From an uncultured bacterium (GTDB lineage Bacteria > Babelota > Babeliae > Babelales > JABCYS01): 64,000 nucleotides of DNA. Under the pieces are notes generated by a model. The model was not told where the DNA came from, did not search any database, and saw nothing but the letters and a program-made list of their open reading frames with translations. The position numbers and the translations under genes are program-made. Shown here one piece after another: positions 19,095-28,952 of this stretch; the first letter of the stretch is position 1; each line of letters starts with the position of its first letter. The DNA lies in assembly GCA_963705705.1 (NCBI GenBank), contig CAVPKK010000006.1, positions 64,001 to 128,000 on the forward strand, written 5' to 3'.

Positions 19095-21404
19095 TTAACC
19101 AAGTTGTTTAACATCTTGGTTGATCGCATCTACAATCGGATATCCTTTTTCTGCCCGCACCTTTATCGTTTCGCGTAACTTTTTCAGAGTTTCTGGCGTG
19201 AGGAGCTTTTGAACTGATCGCTTCTCAATACCTTTCAATTTTTCTTCAGCCTCTTTGGATAGCGTTTGATGTTCGGCAAAGTATTTTAAATCTTCCGCAA
19301 ATAGAGGCATATAATCCTGCGATAAAAGTTCCAAACCGGTTTTGCTCACCACTGCTGCGCCGCCAGACCCGTCCGTAAAAAAGATTTTCATACCTTGAGG
19401 GCTAATCTTATAGATAACTTTATACATACTTAAGAAACCTAGCGATGCTATAAAGGCTTCTATTTGGCCGACATAGAGAATTTTATTCTCATTAAATGAT
19501 TGATAGTCTCTCAATATATTTGTCATTATGAGGTCAGTAGCACATGTACCTGAAGCACATCCGGTCAGTGATATTTTTCGAATGGAAACTGCACTATTAT
19601 TGGGCATGGAAGTGAGCGTCTCTTTGATCATTTCGATGGCTTTTGCCGGCGCTATAGGTTTTTTAAACGCGTCCACCGTTCTATTTTGTAATTTACTTAT
19701 TGGCTCATTGCCTAACATGGGTAGCAATACGTTACGTTTCAGTAACAATTCATTGAACTGTTTCATCTCATAAAGCGATGGCTTAATAAATGGGAATTTA
19801 TAGGGCTGCCCATCCTTATAAAAATAGGATATAAAATCTTTACCGTTGGTACTGATAATGACTGAGCTATATATATCAAGATTGCTACTAATAGTGTCAA
19901 TAAAAAATAATTTTTCAGGGCCGGTGCTTCCTGTTGCGAGATCAAAACTCTTTATAATATCCTGCATGCTATGCTTAGAAGAGATTATCTTTTCTATATG
20001 GTGAATTGCGTTACCTGGAATCATGGAAACAATTTTGGGCATGCCGTTTGTATTAGTAATGAGTTCAAATGGAATGTCATGGGTATATAAAAGTATTGCA
20101 AGAGGCTCGCCTTCTTTGCCTTGTTTCTTGAAAAATGAACTAATGTCCAAAGGATTTGTTCTGGCCTTTGCCAAAATAGATCCAATAGCAACCGTCTTAT
20201 TGACGCTATCAAGGACAGAAAACCATGGTAAGCCCGGCAGTTTAATCTGCGGCATATTTGTTAGATACTTTTGTTTCTTTAAATACTGCGAAGGTGAATA
20301 TACTATCGGTGCCACCATGTCATCGTAATCTTGCAAACTCGGCTGCACCATTTTTTCAAAAAAGGAATCAAAATTAAGAAGACGCAGAAGCTTAGGCTTT
20401 CCTTGCTCAACGCTGACTTTTGGCCATATCGAAAAAGTGACAGCATCCAATAATGCCATAGTAATAATGGGAAAAGGATAGGTTTTGGTAATCCCGCGTT
20501 CGGCATCTTTGTAAATGTACTCGGCATTCACCCCAGCTGCATAGCAAGAGTCATAAGTCAAAACTCGCATAAAAAGTTTGGTCTCGAGAAAACTCAAGAA
20601 CTTTTTAAAATCATCAAGCTTAAGAGAAACAATGCTACGATTTATATTTCCATGCCCCGTTATATAAATTCCCCAGAATGGGATTAGATTTCTGCTCGAA
20701 GCGGAGTATTCCTTCACCGCAACAAAGATCTTGCCAAGCGCTCCAACAAAATACTCTGCCTTGCCGAATGTTGATACAGGTTTTTTGATGTCGTTAACAT
20801 CTACGGTTGGCATGTGATTAACTATAATGCCTAATTTCTGTTCCATTTGTGTAATACCTTCTTGGGGCATGTAGTTAGATACTTCCGCACTATCTAAACC
20901 CTCTTTTTGTAGGTATTTCTTCGGTAATAACAGATATAGTTCCGGTATGATCTCTTTAATAATCCAGTTTTGGGCGGCATTCGCATTGAATGCGCCGACG
21001 GCGAGGATAGCATTATCGCTGTTTTCAAAATCAAATAGCGCGCTTTTCGCGGCGACGATTTCGCTCGCTGATGTTGCCTTCTGAGTGGCCGCCTCTAGCT
21101 TGGTATAGGCTTCTACCAAGCTTTTTGGATCTTGAAACTCTTGTGGCACATTATCCCCGCGAATGTTAACAAGCACAGATGCCGAAGCAATAATAGGCCC
21201 AGCTTCTTGATAGATAGCCGCAATAAGACTCCTACTAATGGCGCCGATCCGCCCATTCTCGCTATCGTCTAAAAAAATCAGCACACCTCGCATAGGATGC
21301 TCTTGCTCGGGAGCAACAGGGCTGGCCTGCAATGCTGGAACAAGTGCGAAGCCTATGAATATTACGTAGGCGATAAATAAGATCTGCTTTTGTATTTGCT
21401 TCAT
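19095..21404 (-). CDS. Secreted protein, putative clan CD (caspase-like) cysteine peptidase, paralogue 1
   Basis: Signal peptide; IYITGHG...LTYDSCYAAG; highly similar to 21421-24168. Confidence 0.75.
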   Translation of the reverse strand: MKQIQKQILFIAYVIFIGFALVPALQASPVAPEQEHPMRGVLIFLDDSENGRIGAISRSLIAAIYQEAGPIIASASVLVNIRGDNVPQEFQDPKSLVEAYTKLEAATQKATSASEIVAAKSALFDFENSDNAILAVGAFNANAAQNWIIKEIIPELYLLLPKKYLQKEGLDSAEVSNYMPQEGITQMEQKLGIIVNHMPTVDVNDIKKPVSTFGKAEYFVGALGKIFVAVKEYSASSRNLIPFWGIYITGHGNINRSIVSLKLDDFKKFLSFLETKLFMRVLTYDSCYAAGVNAEYIYKDAERGITKTYPFPIITMALLDAVTFSIWPKVSVEQGKPKLLRLLNFDSFFEKMVQPSLQDYDDMVAPIVYSPSQYLKKQKYLTNMPQIKLPGLPWFSVLDSVNKTVAIGSILAKARTNPLDISSFFKKQGKEGEPLAILLYTHDIPFELITNTNGMPKIVSMIPGNAIHHIEKIISSKHSMQDIIKSFDLATGSTGPEKLFFIDTISSNLDIYSSVIISTNGKDFISYFYKDGQPYKFPFIKPSLYEMKQFNELLLKRNVLLPMLGNEPISKLQNRTVDAFKKPIAPAKAIEMIKETLTSMPNNSAVSIRKISLTGCASGTCATDLIMTNILRDYQSFNENKILYVGQIEAFIASLGFLSMYKVIYKISPQGMKIFFTDGSGGAAVVSKTGLELLSQDYMPLFAEDLKYFAEHQTLSKEAEEKLKGIEKRSVQKLLTPETLKKLRETIKVRAEKGYPIVDAINQDVKQLG

Positions 21405-21420
21405 CTACTGTCCTGGCATT

Positions 21421-24168
21421 TTATTGTTGGGCATCAAGTTGCTTAATATCTTGATTGATCGCATCTACAATCGGATCAAGCAAAAAAGCAAATTGGACGG
21501 TTTGCCCTTTATACTGAATATTCCTTGTTCTAGTCATTTGCTTGCGCAATTCGAGCGCCCGTAATAATACGGCTTTCGTATATGGTTCTTTCTTTAACAT
21601 ACTGATCACCTTCTCAACCTCTCCGGCAAGGCGACGAAGCCTATTTTGGATGACCACTTCTTTAAACTCCGTTAACCGATCTAATATTAGTTGCTTTTGC
21701 AATGCAGGTTGCACTGGTTGTAGGACTGGCTGAGCCGGAGGCAGAGGTTTTGGCGCTTCTGTTTTTGGTGTCGGTACTATTGGAGCAGGAATCTGGGGTT
21801 GTGAAACTGGCAATTTTGCTGGGGCTACCGGTGCCGATGCCTGTGGTTGTTGCGGCGCAACTATCGGCATTGCAAGTTTTTGTGGTGCGATGGCTGGTGC
21901 TTTGGTCTTTCGAAGCGCGCCTTTTTCTGCCTGCGTCTGTATCGTTTCACGCAAATTTTTCAGAGCCTCTGGCGTGAGAAGCTTTTGAACTGATCGCTTC
22001 TCAACACCTTCCAACTTTTCCTCATCATCTTTGGATAACGTCTGATGTTCGGCAAAGTATTTTAAATCTTTCGCAAATAGTGGCGCATAATCCTCCGGTA
22101 AAAATTCCATACCGGTCTTGCTTAAGGCTGCATTACCGGTAGACCCGCCCCTAAAAAAAATTTTCATACCTTCAGGGCTAACCTTATAAATAACATTATA
22201 CGTAACTGCGCAACGATGCGGCTCTACACAGGCTTCTATTTGGCCAACATAGAAAATTTTATTCTCATTAAATGATTCGTAGTCTCTCAGTGTATCTGCC
22301 ATTATGGGATCACTAACACATAACTCTGAAGCACATCCGGTCAGTGATATTTTTCGAATGGCCACTGCACTATTATTGGGCATGGAAGTAAGCGTCTGTT
22401 TTATCTTTTCGATAGCTTCTGCGACCGCCATAGAGTTTTCAAATGCTTCCACCGTTCTACTTTGCAATTCACGTATTGGCTCGTTCGTTGGCTTAGATAG
22501 CACAATGTCACGTTTCAATATTAGTTCATGGAACTGTTTCATCTCATCAAGCGAAAGCTTAATAAATGGGAATTTATAGGGCTGCCCATCCTTATAAAAA
22601 TAGGATTTAAAGACTTTACCGTTTGTATTGATAATGATAGAACTGTACGCATCGGAATTACTACTAATAGTGTCAATAAAAAATAATTTATCAGGGCCGG
22701 TGTATCCTATTGCGAGATCAAAACTCTTTATAATATCCTGCGCGCTGTGTTTGGAAGAGCTTATCTTTTCGATCTGGTGAAATGTCTTACCCGGAATCAT
22801 AGAAACGATTTTGGGCATCTCGGTTGTACTAATGATGAGTTCAAATGGAACGACATGCGTATATAAAAGTAGTGCAAGCGGCTCACCTTTTTTGCCTTGT
22901 TTCTTGAAAAATGAATTAATGTCCAAAGGCTCTGTTCTGGCCTTTGCCAAAATAGAACCAATAGCAACTGTTTTATTGCCGCTATCAAGGACGGAGAACC
23001 ATGGCAATCCTGGCAGTTTAATCTGCGGCGTACTCGGTATCAAATAATTTTTTAGTAGGTACTTTGAAGGATCTATTGTCGCAATCAAATCATGGTAGTC
23101 TTGCAAAAACGGCTGCGTCATTTTTTCAAAAAACGAAGCGAAATTAAGCAGGCGTACGAGCACAGGTGTTCCTTGTCTCACGGTAAACATTGGGGCTGGC
23201 CCGGCGGTGATTGCATCCAATAACGCCATAGTAATAATTGGAAAAGAATAAGTTTTAATGACTCCGCGTTCTGTATCTTTGTAAATATACTCAGCATTAA
23301 CTCCCGCTGCGTAACAAGAACTGTACGTTAAAATTCGCGTAAGAATTTTGGTTTCTAGAAAGTTCAGGAATCCTTTAAAATCGTCAAGTTTGAGGCGAAC
23401 AATAGTGTGATTTAAACTTCCATGACCTTTTATATAAATCCCCCAGAACGGTATAAAGTTGTTGCTCGAAGCGGAGTATTCCTTCGCTGTAACAAAAGTA
23501 TTGCCGAGCGCTCCAACAAAATAATCTGCCGTGTCGAATACTACTATAGGTTTTTTGATGTCGTTAACCTGTGCGGTTGGCATGTGATTAACTTTAAGAC
23601 CTAATTTCTGTTCCATCGGCGTAATACCTCCTTGAGGCATGTAGTTAGATACTTCCGCAATATCTAAACCCTCTTTTTGCAGATATTTCTTGGGTAATAG
23701 CAGATATAGCTCTGGTATAATCTCTTTAATGATCCAATTGTTGGCGGTATTGGCATTGAATGCGCCCATCCCGAGGATGGCATTTACATTGTTTTCAAAA
23801 TCGATTTGCGCTCTTTTTGCGGCAGAGATTTCGCTCGCTGATGTTGCCTTCAGAATGGCTGCCTCTAACTTATTATAGGCTTCTACTAGGCTTTTTGGAT
23901 CTTGAAACTCTGGTGGCACATTATCCCCGCGAATATTAACCAGAACCGATGCCGAAGCAATAATAGGCCCTGCTTCCTGATAGATAGCTGCAATAAGATC
24001 GCTACTGATGCCACCGATCACACCATTCTCGCTATCATCTAAAAAAATTAGCACACCTCGTATGGGATGCTCCTGTTCAGGAGCTGCGGGATTTGCACGC
24101 AAGTTTTGAATCTGAAACAAACCTATGCATAATGCATATGCAATAAAAATAGATCGTTGGCGCTTCAT
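21421..24168 (-). CDS. Secreted protein, putative clan CD cysteine peptidase, paralogue 2 with Pro/Gln-rich extension
   Basis: Signal peptide; IYIKGHG...LTYSSCYAAG; tandem duplicate of 19095-21404. Confidence 0.75.
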   Translation of the reverse strand: MKRQRSIFIAYALCIGLFQIQNLRANPAAPEQEHPIRGVLIFLDDSENGVIGGISSDLIAAIYQEAGPIIASASVLVNIRGDNVPPEFQDPKSLVEAYNKLEAAILKATSASEISAAKRAQIDFENNVNAILGMGAFNANTANNWIIKEIIPELYLLLPKKYLQKEGLDIAEVSNYMPQGGITPMEQKLGLKVNHMPTAQVNDIKKPIVVFDTADYFVGALGNTFVTAKEYSASSNNFIPFWGIYIKGHGSLNHTIVRLKLDDFKGFLNFLETKILTRILTYSSCYAAGVNAEYIYKDTERGVIKTYSFPIITMALLDAITAGPAPMFTVRQGTPVLVRLLNFASFFEKMTQPFLQDYHDLIATIDPSKYLLKNYLIPSTPQIKLPGLPWFSVLDSGNKTVAIGSILAKARTEPLDINSFFKKQGKKGEPLALLLYTHVVPFELIISTTEMPKIVSMIPGKTFHQIEKISSSKHSAQDIIKSFDLAIGYTGPDKLFFIDTISSNSDAYSSIIINTNGKVFKSYFYKDGQPYKFPFIKLSLDEMKQFHELILKRDIVLSKPTNEPIRELQSRTVEAFENSMAVAEAIEKIKQTLTSMPNNSAVAIRKISLTGCASELCVSDPIMADTLRDYESFNENKIFYVGQIEACVEPHRCAVTYNVIYKVSPEGMKIFFRGGSTGNAALSKTGMEFLPEDYAPLFAKDLKYFAEHQTLSKDDEEKLEGVEKRSVQKLLTPEALKNLRETIQTQAEKGALRKTKAPAIAPQKLAMPIVAPQQPQASAPVAPAKLPVSQPQIPAPIVPTPKTEAPKPLPPAQPVLQPVQPALQKQLILDRLTEFKEVVIQNRLRRLAGEVEKVISMLKKEPYTKAVLLRALELRKQMTRTRNIQYKGQTVQFAFLLDPIVDAINQDIKQLDAQQ

Positions 24169-24280
24169 CTACTATCCTTTTTTTGCCCTACAAATAAAAA
24201 TGGGGTGCTAGCATCTTGCACTTGGCTTCATAACTGCTCAAGCAAGGTCCAACACCCGTTCGCTTTAGGACGAATTTTAT

Positions 24281-24472
24281 TTATCTTTTACGCCACTTAG
24301 GCAGGCCATCACCTGGATTATTAATGCGGCCGACTTTTTTAAATTGCTTACCGTACATTCTATTTTCTGTGGTATCAGCCATGCTCTTTGCGCTTAGCGC
24401 ACAGTGCCGCATGCTCTCGATAACGCTTTTAGCGTCATGCTTTTTCTTTCCGCCCTTTTTTATACGCTTCAT
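24281..24472 (-). CDS. Small highly basic protein (63 aa)
   Basis: ATG at 24472 after AAGGAAG; MKRIKKGGKKKH...PKWRKR. Confidence 0.5.
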   Translation of the reverse strand: MKRIKKGGKKKHDAKSVIESMRHCALSAKSMADTTENRMYGKQFKKVGRINNPGDGLPKWRKR

Positions 24473-24473
24473 G

Positions 24474-24611
24474 TTACTTCCTTGTTGTTTCGGTTGTTGT
24501 TTTATTAACTGGTGCAACATTAAGTGTATGCGGTTTGCGATGTGCGCTCATTACAAACCAATCAAGTAGCGCGAATGCGCATATGAGCAATAATAGTCTT
24601 TTGTTCTTCAT
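24474..24611 (-). CDS. 45-aa small exported or membrane peptide (not in ORF track)
   Basis: GGGAGAG upstream; MKNKRLLLLICAFALLDWFVMSAHRKPHTLNVAPVNKTTTETTRK; stop 1 nt before next ATG. Confidence 0.45.
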   Translation of the reverse strand: MKNKRLLLLICAFALLDWFVMSAHRKPHTLNVAPVNKTTTETTRK

Positions 24612-24810
24612 TAGTGTCTCTCCCAGGTCCGACATAGCTCATTGCAAAGCACGATGGATTTAATCCAAGCATAAGCGTCGGCCGACGATGCATTTTTAGC
24701 TCATCATTACACTAGCATAGTCGTGTTTCGAATTGCAATATTTAGCTTTTCTGGAAATTAAAGGAGTCAAGAGGGAAGCAGCATATGTAAAAAAAATGGG
24801 CAATAATACG

Positions 24811-24851
24811 AAAAAAGCAGTCACAAGATCAGATGAGCTCATGACTGCTTT
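24811..24851 (-). terminator. Intrinsic terminator downstream of 24872-25408
   Basis: AAAGCAGTCA...TGACTGCTTT IR with T-tract on minus strand. Confidence 0.6.
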
Positions 24852-24871
24852 GTATTTTTCAAACAAAGAAT

Positions 24872-25408
24872 TTAAAACAGCGGGCAGAAATTGAGGAGAT
24901 ATAAGCTATTAAATAAGTGCTCCTCAACGCCATCGAGCTTTTGGCCGGAGTATTCGTAGACTAAGAAGCCATAATTATCATGCTTCATTTCCCAAGTTCT
25001 GAAGGCAGGAACCTTAATACCTAATTTCTGTGCAATTTCCTGCGCCTTGAATGGATCAAAGTCGCCGTTCTTTAAAATACTTGGCTGTACGCTTTGGCGG
25101 ACAAGTTGGTTGAATGACATACCTTGAAGATGGCTAATGAAAGATTGGGGGTCTTGCCACATGCGCTCAGCATCACCGAATGCAACACTCGAATCAAAGC
25201 CTGCTACCCCTTTGAAATGATTAAAATCGGGGTTGTCGATAAAGAATGCTGCCTTGCTCAAGTTAAATGCACGCTCATGACAAAGCTCATGCAATACAAA
25301 TGAGGGCGTATGTTCAAGCCCTTCTAAGGCAACAATTTTTTTGGGCAGATGTGCCAACTTTTGCAGAAGATCATGCGGAACTGCATGCTCAGAATTATTT
25401 TTATACAT
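24872..25408 (-). CDS. Hypothetical protein (possibly GAF-like), divergent from dnaA
   Basis: 178-aa ORF with AAGGAG RBS; fold guess from alpha-beta-beta...beta-beta-alpha pattern only. Confidence 0.65.
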   Translation of the reverse strand: MYKNNSEHAVPHDLLQKLAHLPKKIVALEGLEHTPSFVLHELCHERAFNLSKAAFFIDNPDFNHFKGVAGFDSSVAFGDAERMWQDPQSFISHLQGMSFNQLVRQSVQPSILKNGDFDPFKAQEIAQKLGIKVPAFRTWEMKHDNYGFLVYEYSGQKLDGVEEHLFNSLYLLNFCPLF

Positions 25409-25814
25409 TAGTACTCCTTTTTTTAAACCCCAATCTTGTGACCGGGATATTAGACCGATGACCTACCAACAATAGCGCAGCAAAAAAATTGTGGCAATAG
25501 TCAATAGATATATGTCATAAAAGCGCTTTACAACAGCAAAAACTCCCATTCATTTTATGTCTCCAAGTGATTTTATTGTCTTTTAATCCTTAGAATATGA
25601 CCGTCGGTCGAGTAGGTGCAAGTTGGGCAACACCAAAAAATTCTGAATGAGCTGCAGCCACATGCCGGTCAATCAAAATCATTAAAATATTCGATGCGGA
25701 CGTGTATAAGGATTCTATTGCATGAACGGCTGCAACCTTTTAGACTTACCGGCCAAACCTCTTTAAAAAAGAAATCCTCACATATAAAAAATTTAACTTT
25801 GGTACTGAAACCCC

Positions 25815-27329
25815 ATGGATGGGATCTGGAAAGAATTTCTTAACATTGCAAAGCAAGAAGCTGGCAGCCAAATGGTCGAAACCTGGTTGCGAGCAGTCAA
25901 GCTCATGCAATGGGATGTGCACGAACAAACGGTGTTACTTGAAACACCCAATAGTTTCGTCAAAGATTGGCTTGAGCAACATTATGTGCCTTTCTTTGAA
26001 CAGCATCTCGCGCGCCTATTTAATGTTGATTCGATTACAATTGTTTTTATTTCGCCACATACCCCATCATCTGTGCGCATAACACCTGCAGTTGTAGCTC
26101 ACGAATCCCAAAATGATAGTTCGAAAAGCCAACACACAAATACACAAACCCGTTTATTTGATGGCTTTATTCCCGCTCAAGTGATTAAAGGTGGCCCGGT
26201 CAAACGCGAAATTGATCACAAAGCACCGCAGTCTGGACATACAACCGGCATCATACAACGGCCGTATTCCCAGATGCCCGCAGTCGTTGGCCAACGTAAT
26301 CCAGGGCTTAACTCTGCATTTACCTTCGATACTTTTGTTGTTGGCCCTAATAATGAGCTTGCGCATGCGGCAGCGACTGCCGTTACCGAATCACATAAGG
26401 GATACAACCCATTATTCATTTATGCACCTTCTGGGCTCGGTAAAACTCACTTATTACATGCAATTGGCAATGTGCTTATAGCATCACATTCAAAACAGCA
26501 GCAAGGCCCACGAGTTCTTTATCAAACGGCCGAACGGTTTGTGCAGGATTACATTAATTCGATTCGTTTTGAAAAAATTCATCAATTCCAGCTCAAATAT
26601 AAAGATGTAGATGTTTTGCTCATCGATGATGTGCAGTTTTTATCAAATAAAGAACAAACCCAAGAGGCATTCTTTCACATCTTTAATGCGCTCTTTGATG
26701 CCCATAAACAGTTGGTATTTACTTCAGATACGTATCCGCACAAGTTGAGTGGTATTGCAGACCGATTACGCTCGCGCTTTGAAAGCGGTTTAATTGTAGA
26801 TATTCAAGCGCCGCCACTGGAAACAAAGATTGCCATTTTGAAGAAAAAGGCAGAACAAAATAATGTGCTGCTGCCTGATGATGTCGCCTTCTTTTTGGCT
26901 ATGCGCAACACGGGTAATGTGCGCACCTTGGAAGGTTCATTGATTCAAGTAATGGCAGTTGCTTCGCTTACTAAGCAGCCGGTCAACTTAGATGCGGCTA
27001 AGCGTGCATTAATGAGATATGGGCAAGAAAAGATTGCTAACGCGGTAAACTTTGAACGAATTGTAAAAGGTGTTTGCGAACATTACTCATACACGCTTGG
27101 CGATTTACGATCGGAGAGCAAGACGAAAGAATTAGCACTTGCTCGCCAGGTTGCCATGTATTTAATGAAGAAATTAACAAGCAAATCATTGCAAGAGATT
27201 GGTTATTTCTTAGGCCGCAAAGATCATTCTACGGTTTTGCATGGGCTGAATAAGATTAAGAATTGGATTGCATCGTCACCCGATTTTTCAGCGCAAATCA
27301 TGTCGCTCGAGGCGAAAATATTAAGTTGA
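25815..27329 (+). CDS. dnaA: Chromosomal replication initiator DnaA
   Basis: FDTFVVGPNN, YNPLFIYAPSGLGKTHLL, LLIDDVQ, RLRSRFESGL, NVRTLEG, ARQVAMYL, RKDHSTV. Confidence 0.97.
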   Translation: MDGIWKEFLNIAKQEAGSQMVETWLRAVKLMQWDVHEQTVLLETPNSFVKDWLEQHYVPFFEQHLARLFNVDSITIVFISPHTPSSVRITPAVVAHESQNDSSKSQHTNTQTRLFDGFIPAQVIKGGPVKREIDHKAPQSGHTTGIIQRPYSQMPAVVGQRNPGLNSAFTFDTFVVGPNNELAHAAATAVTESHKGYNPLFIYAPSGLGKTHLLHAIGNVLIASHSKQQQGPRVLYQTAERFVQDYINSIRFEKIHQFQLKYKDVDVLLIDDVQFLSNKEQTQEAFFHIFNALFDAHKQLVFTSDTYPHKLSGIADRLRSRFESGLIVDIQAPPLETKIAILKKKAEQNNVLLPDDVAFFLAMRNTGNVRTLEGSLIQVMAVASLTKQPVNLDAAKRALMRYGQEKIANAVNFERIVKGVCEHYSYTLGDLRSESKTKELALARQVAMYLMKKLTSKSLQEIGYFLGRKDHSTVLHGLNKIKNWIASSPDFSAQIMSLEAKILS

Positions 27330-27373
27330 TGCATCTTTAAACAAATTTATTTCCTCGGTCACAGCTGCCACAA

Positions 27374-27460
27374 CGCGCTCATCCTGAGTTAATCGAATCA
27401 GGGGCCCCCAAGACTCGGGTTCCCTCCTAGGGTGAGTTTGGGGTAAAAGGATAAAAGCGC
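27374..27460. repeat. REP-like element interrupted by a second GC-rich hairpin
   Basis: CGCGCTCATCCTGAGTTAATCGAA [insert with CCCCAAGACTC...GAGTTTGGGG] AAGGATAAAAGCGC; flanks match reverse complement of 59618-59654. Confidence 0.65.
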
Positions 27461-27613
27461 AAAGAAGATATGCAGTAACCAAGTCTAATAAATAATGAAT
27501 CATATTTTTTCGTTTGATATGATTAATCTAGAACAAGTTGATAACTCGAGAACTACAATTGCGAAGAGACTATAAGGAAATACATTAAGATGCGCTGCTT
27601 ATCAAATCTTTTT

Positions 27614-27651
27614 AGCGCTCTGATCCTTCGATAATACTCAGGATGAGCGCT
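27614..27651. repeat. REP-like palindromic element
   Basis: AGCGCTCTGATCCTTCGATAATACTCAGGATGAGCGCT; core identical to 44214-44250. Confidence 0.85.
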
Positions 27652-27703
27652 TCAATCTCCATCTCAAAACTAAATATTGGTGAAGATTGTCGCATTCTCA
27701 AAT

Positions 27704-28753
27704 CTACGTCGTATAAACATCCCATTCTGCAAGCTGGGCATTTTTGCGGTCACGCTTTGATCTAAAGAAGCGATCTTTCACACATTTTTTTGTTAACCCT
27801 TTATACCAGTCAAAATAGCTATCAACTACAAAACGATTTTTCAATCCCACAAGTGCACGGAAATTTTCCGTATCGATAATAACTATTTTCCCGGTTCCTT
27901 CTTCAACCATAAAATTTTGTAGATGAGGGTCAATACGATAATGCGTAAACTGGCTGAGTCGCATGCAACGCTGAGAATTTACAAAATCAAACCAAGATCT
28001 ATCCTGCGCTTTGATGCAGTCAGCTACAATTGCATATAGTGCTGGAATGGTGGTTGTGCAACCTGATGTACATGTTCCCATATTCTTGCCTTCAACGACT
28101 AGCCAGCGCGGATCTTTCGGCAACCAATACCATTTACGAGGGAACTCAACAATTTTGGACCAAAATGGATCTTGCTGAATCATGCAGGTAAGTTCTTCCA
28201 TATTTTTTATACGCGTAAAGCCAGTTAAATGGCGCATGATGCCGCCGCCCATCACAAAGAAAAAGCCTGGTTCCATTCCTTTGCTAAATGGGGAAACAAA
28301 GTTTTTTGGCGTTTCAGAGAAAAGTTTCAACACAAAGGGATACTCTTTAAATTTGAGCACCAATGCACCAGTGTTATTGGCATAGCTATAATCGTCGTCT
28401 TTCAAAACGGTAAAGCGCGCGAATTTTTTTTTGTGTTCCCCTAACTCTTTCAACACGCCTTCAATAAGCTCATTAAGCTGCTCGCCTGCTACCGATTTTT
28501 CTGGTTCTCGGCGGAAGGTAATGGAACCGGTGGGAAGCATGTGATTATAAAAGAAGGTTTTATCAAAGGGTTTAAAAATTGGCCCTTCTTCGATATGCGA
28601 ATCTTTAAGTGTGAATTTATTAGTTGGATCATCTTGCCAATAGGTAGTTATTTGCGGCAAGTTTGCATCTGGACGCAGGATGCTGCGGTTGGTGGGGAAT
28701 AGGGGGAAAAAAAAGAAGATGGAAATAAAAAAAATAATACTCTCTCGTTGCAT
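27704..28753 (-). CDS. Exported protein with putative protein-kinase-like fold
   Basis: Hydrophobic N-terminus; FVLKLF, IDPHLQNFM, IVIIDTE resemble the VAIK, catalytic loop and DFG motifs. Confidence 0.6.
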   Translation of the reverse strand: MQRESIIFFISIFFFFPLFPTNRSILRPDANLPQITTYWQDDPTNKFTLKDSHIEEGPIFKPFDKTFFYNHMLPTGSITFRREPEKSVAGEQLNELIEGVLKELGEHKKKFARFTVLKDDDYSYANNTGALVLKFKEYPFVLKLFSETPKNFVSPFSKGMEPGFFFVMGGGIMRHLTGFTRIKNMEELTCMIQQDPFWSKIVEFPRKWYWLPKDPRWLVVEGKNMGTCTSGCTTTIPALYAIVADCIKAQDRSWFDFVNSQRCMRLSQFTHYRIDPHLQNFMVEEGTGKIVIIDTENFRALVGLKNRFVVDSYFDWYKGLTKKCVKDRFFRSKRDRKNAQLAEWDVYTT

Positions 28754-28835
28754 ACTTATCCTGGTAAAATAATAGCCCAGCTTTTTTTATTGCGTCTAAT
28801 AATTTTGCATCGCGCGCTTTATCTTTTATTCCAAC

Positions 28836-28900
28836 CCGATTGCCCTGAGTGTTTTGCGCAGCAAAATGTATCGAAGGGTCGACAGGCTCAGGACGAGCGG
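28836..28900. repeat. Composite REP-like element (two inverted partial copies)
   Basis: 28844-28877 matches 4979-5012 (reverse complement); 28879-28900 matches 14597-14618 (reverse complement, one mismatch). Confidence 0.8.
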
Positions 28901-28952
28901 ATCTTTTTACGATCTTAACTAGCTTTATCCATTGAACTAAAACTTACTGCGA

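Noticed and set aside
24761..24790. SRP RNA (GGGAAGCAGC resembles the domain IV motif)
   Set aside because: The upstream CAGG-stem-GNRA half and enclosing helix are missing
25409..25814. oriC upstream of dnaA
   Set aside because: AT-rich, but no convincing DnaA-box cluster was found by eye
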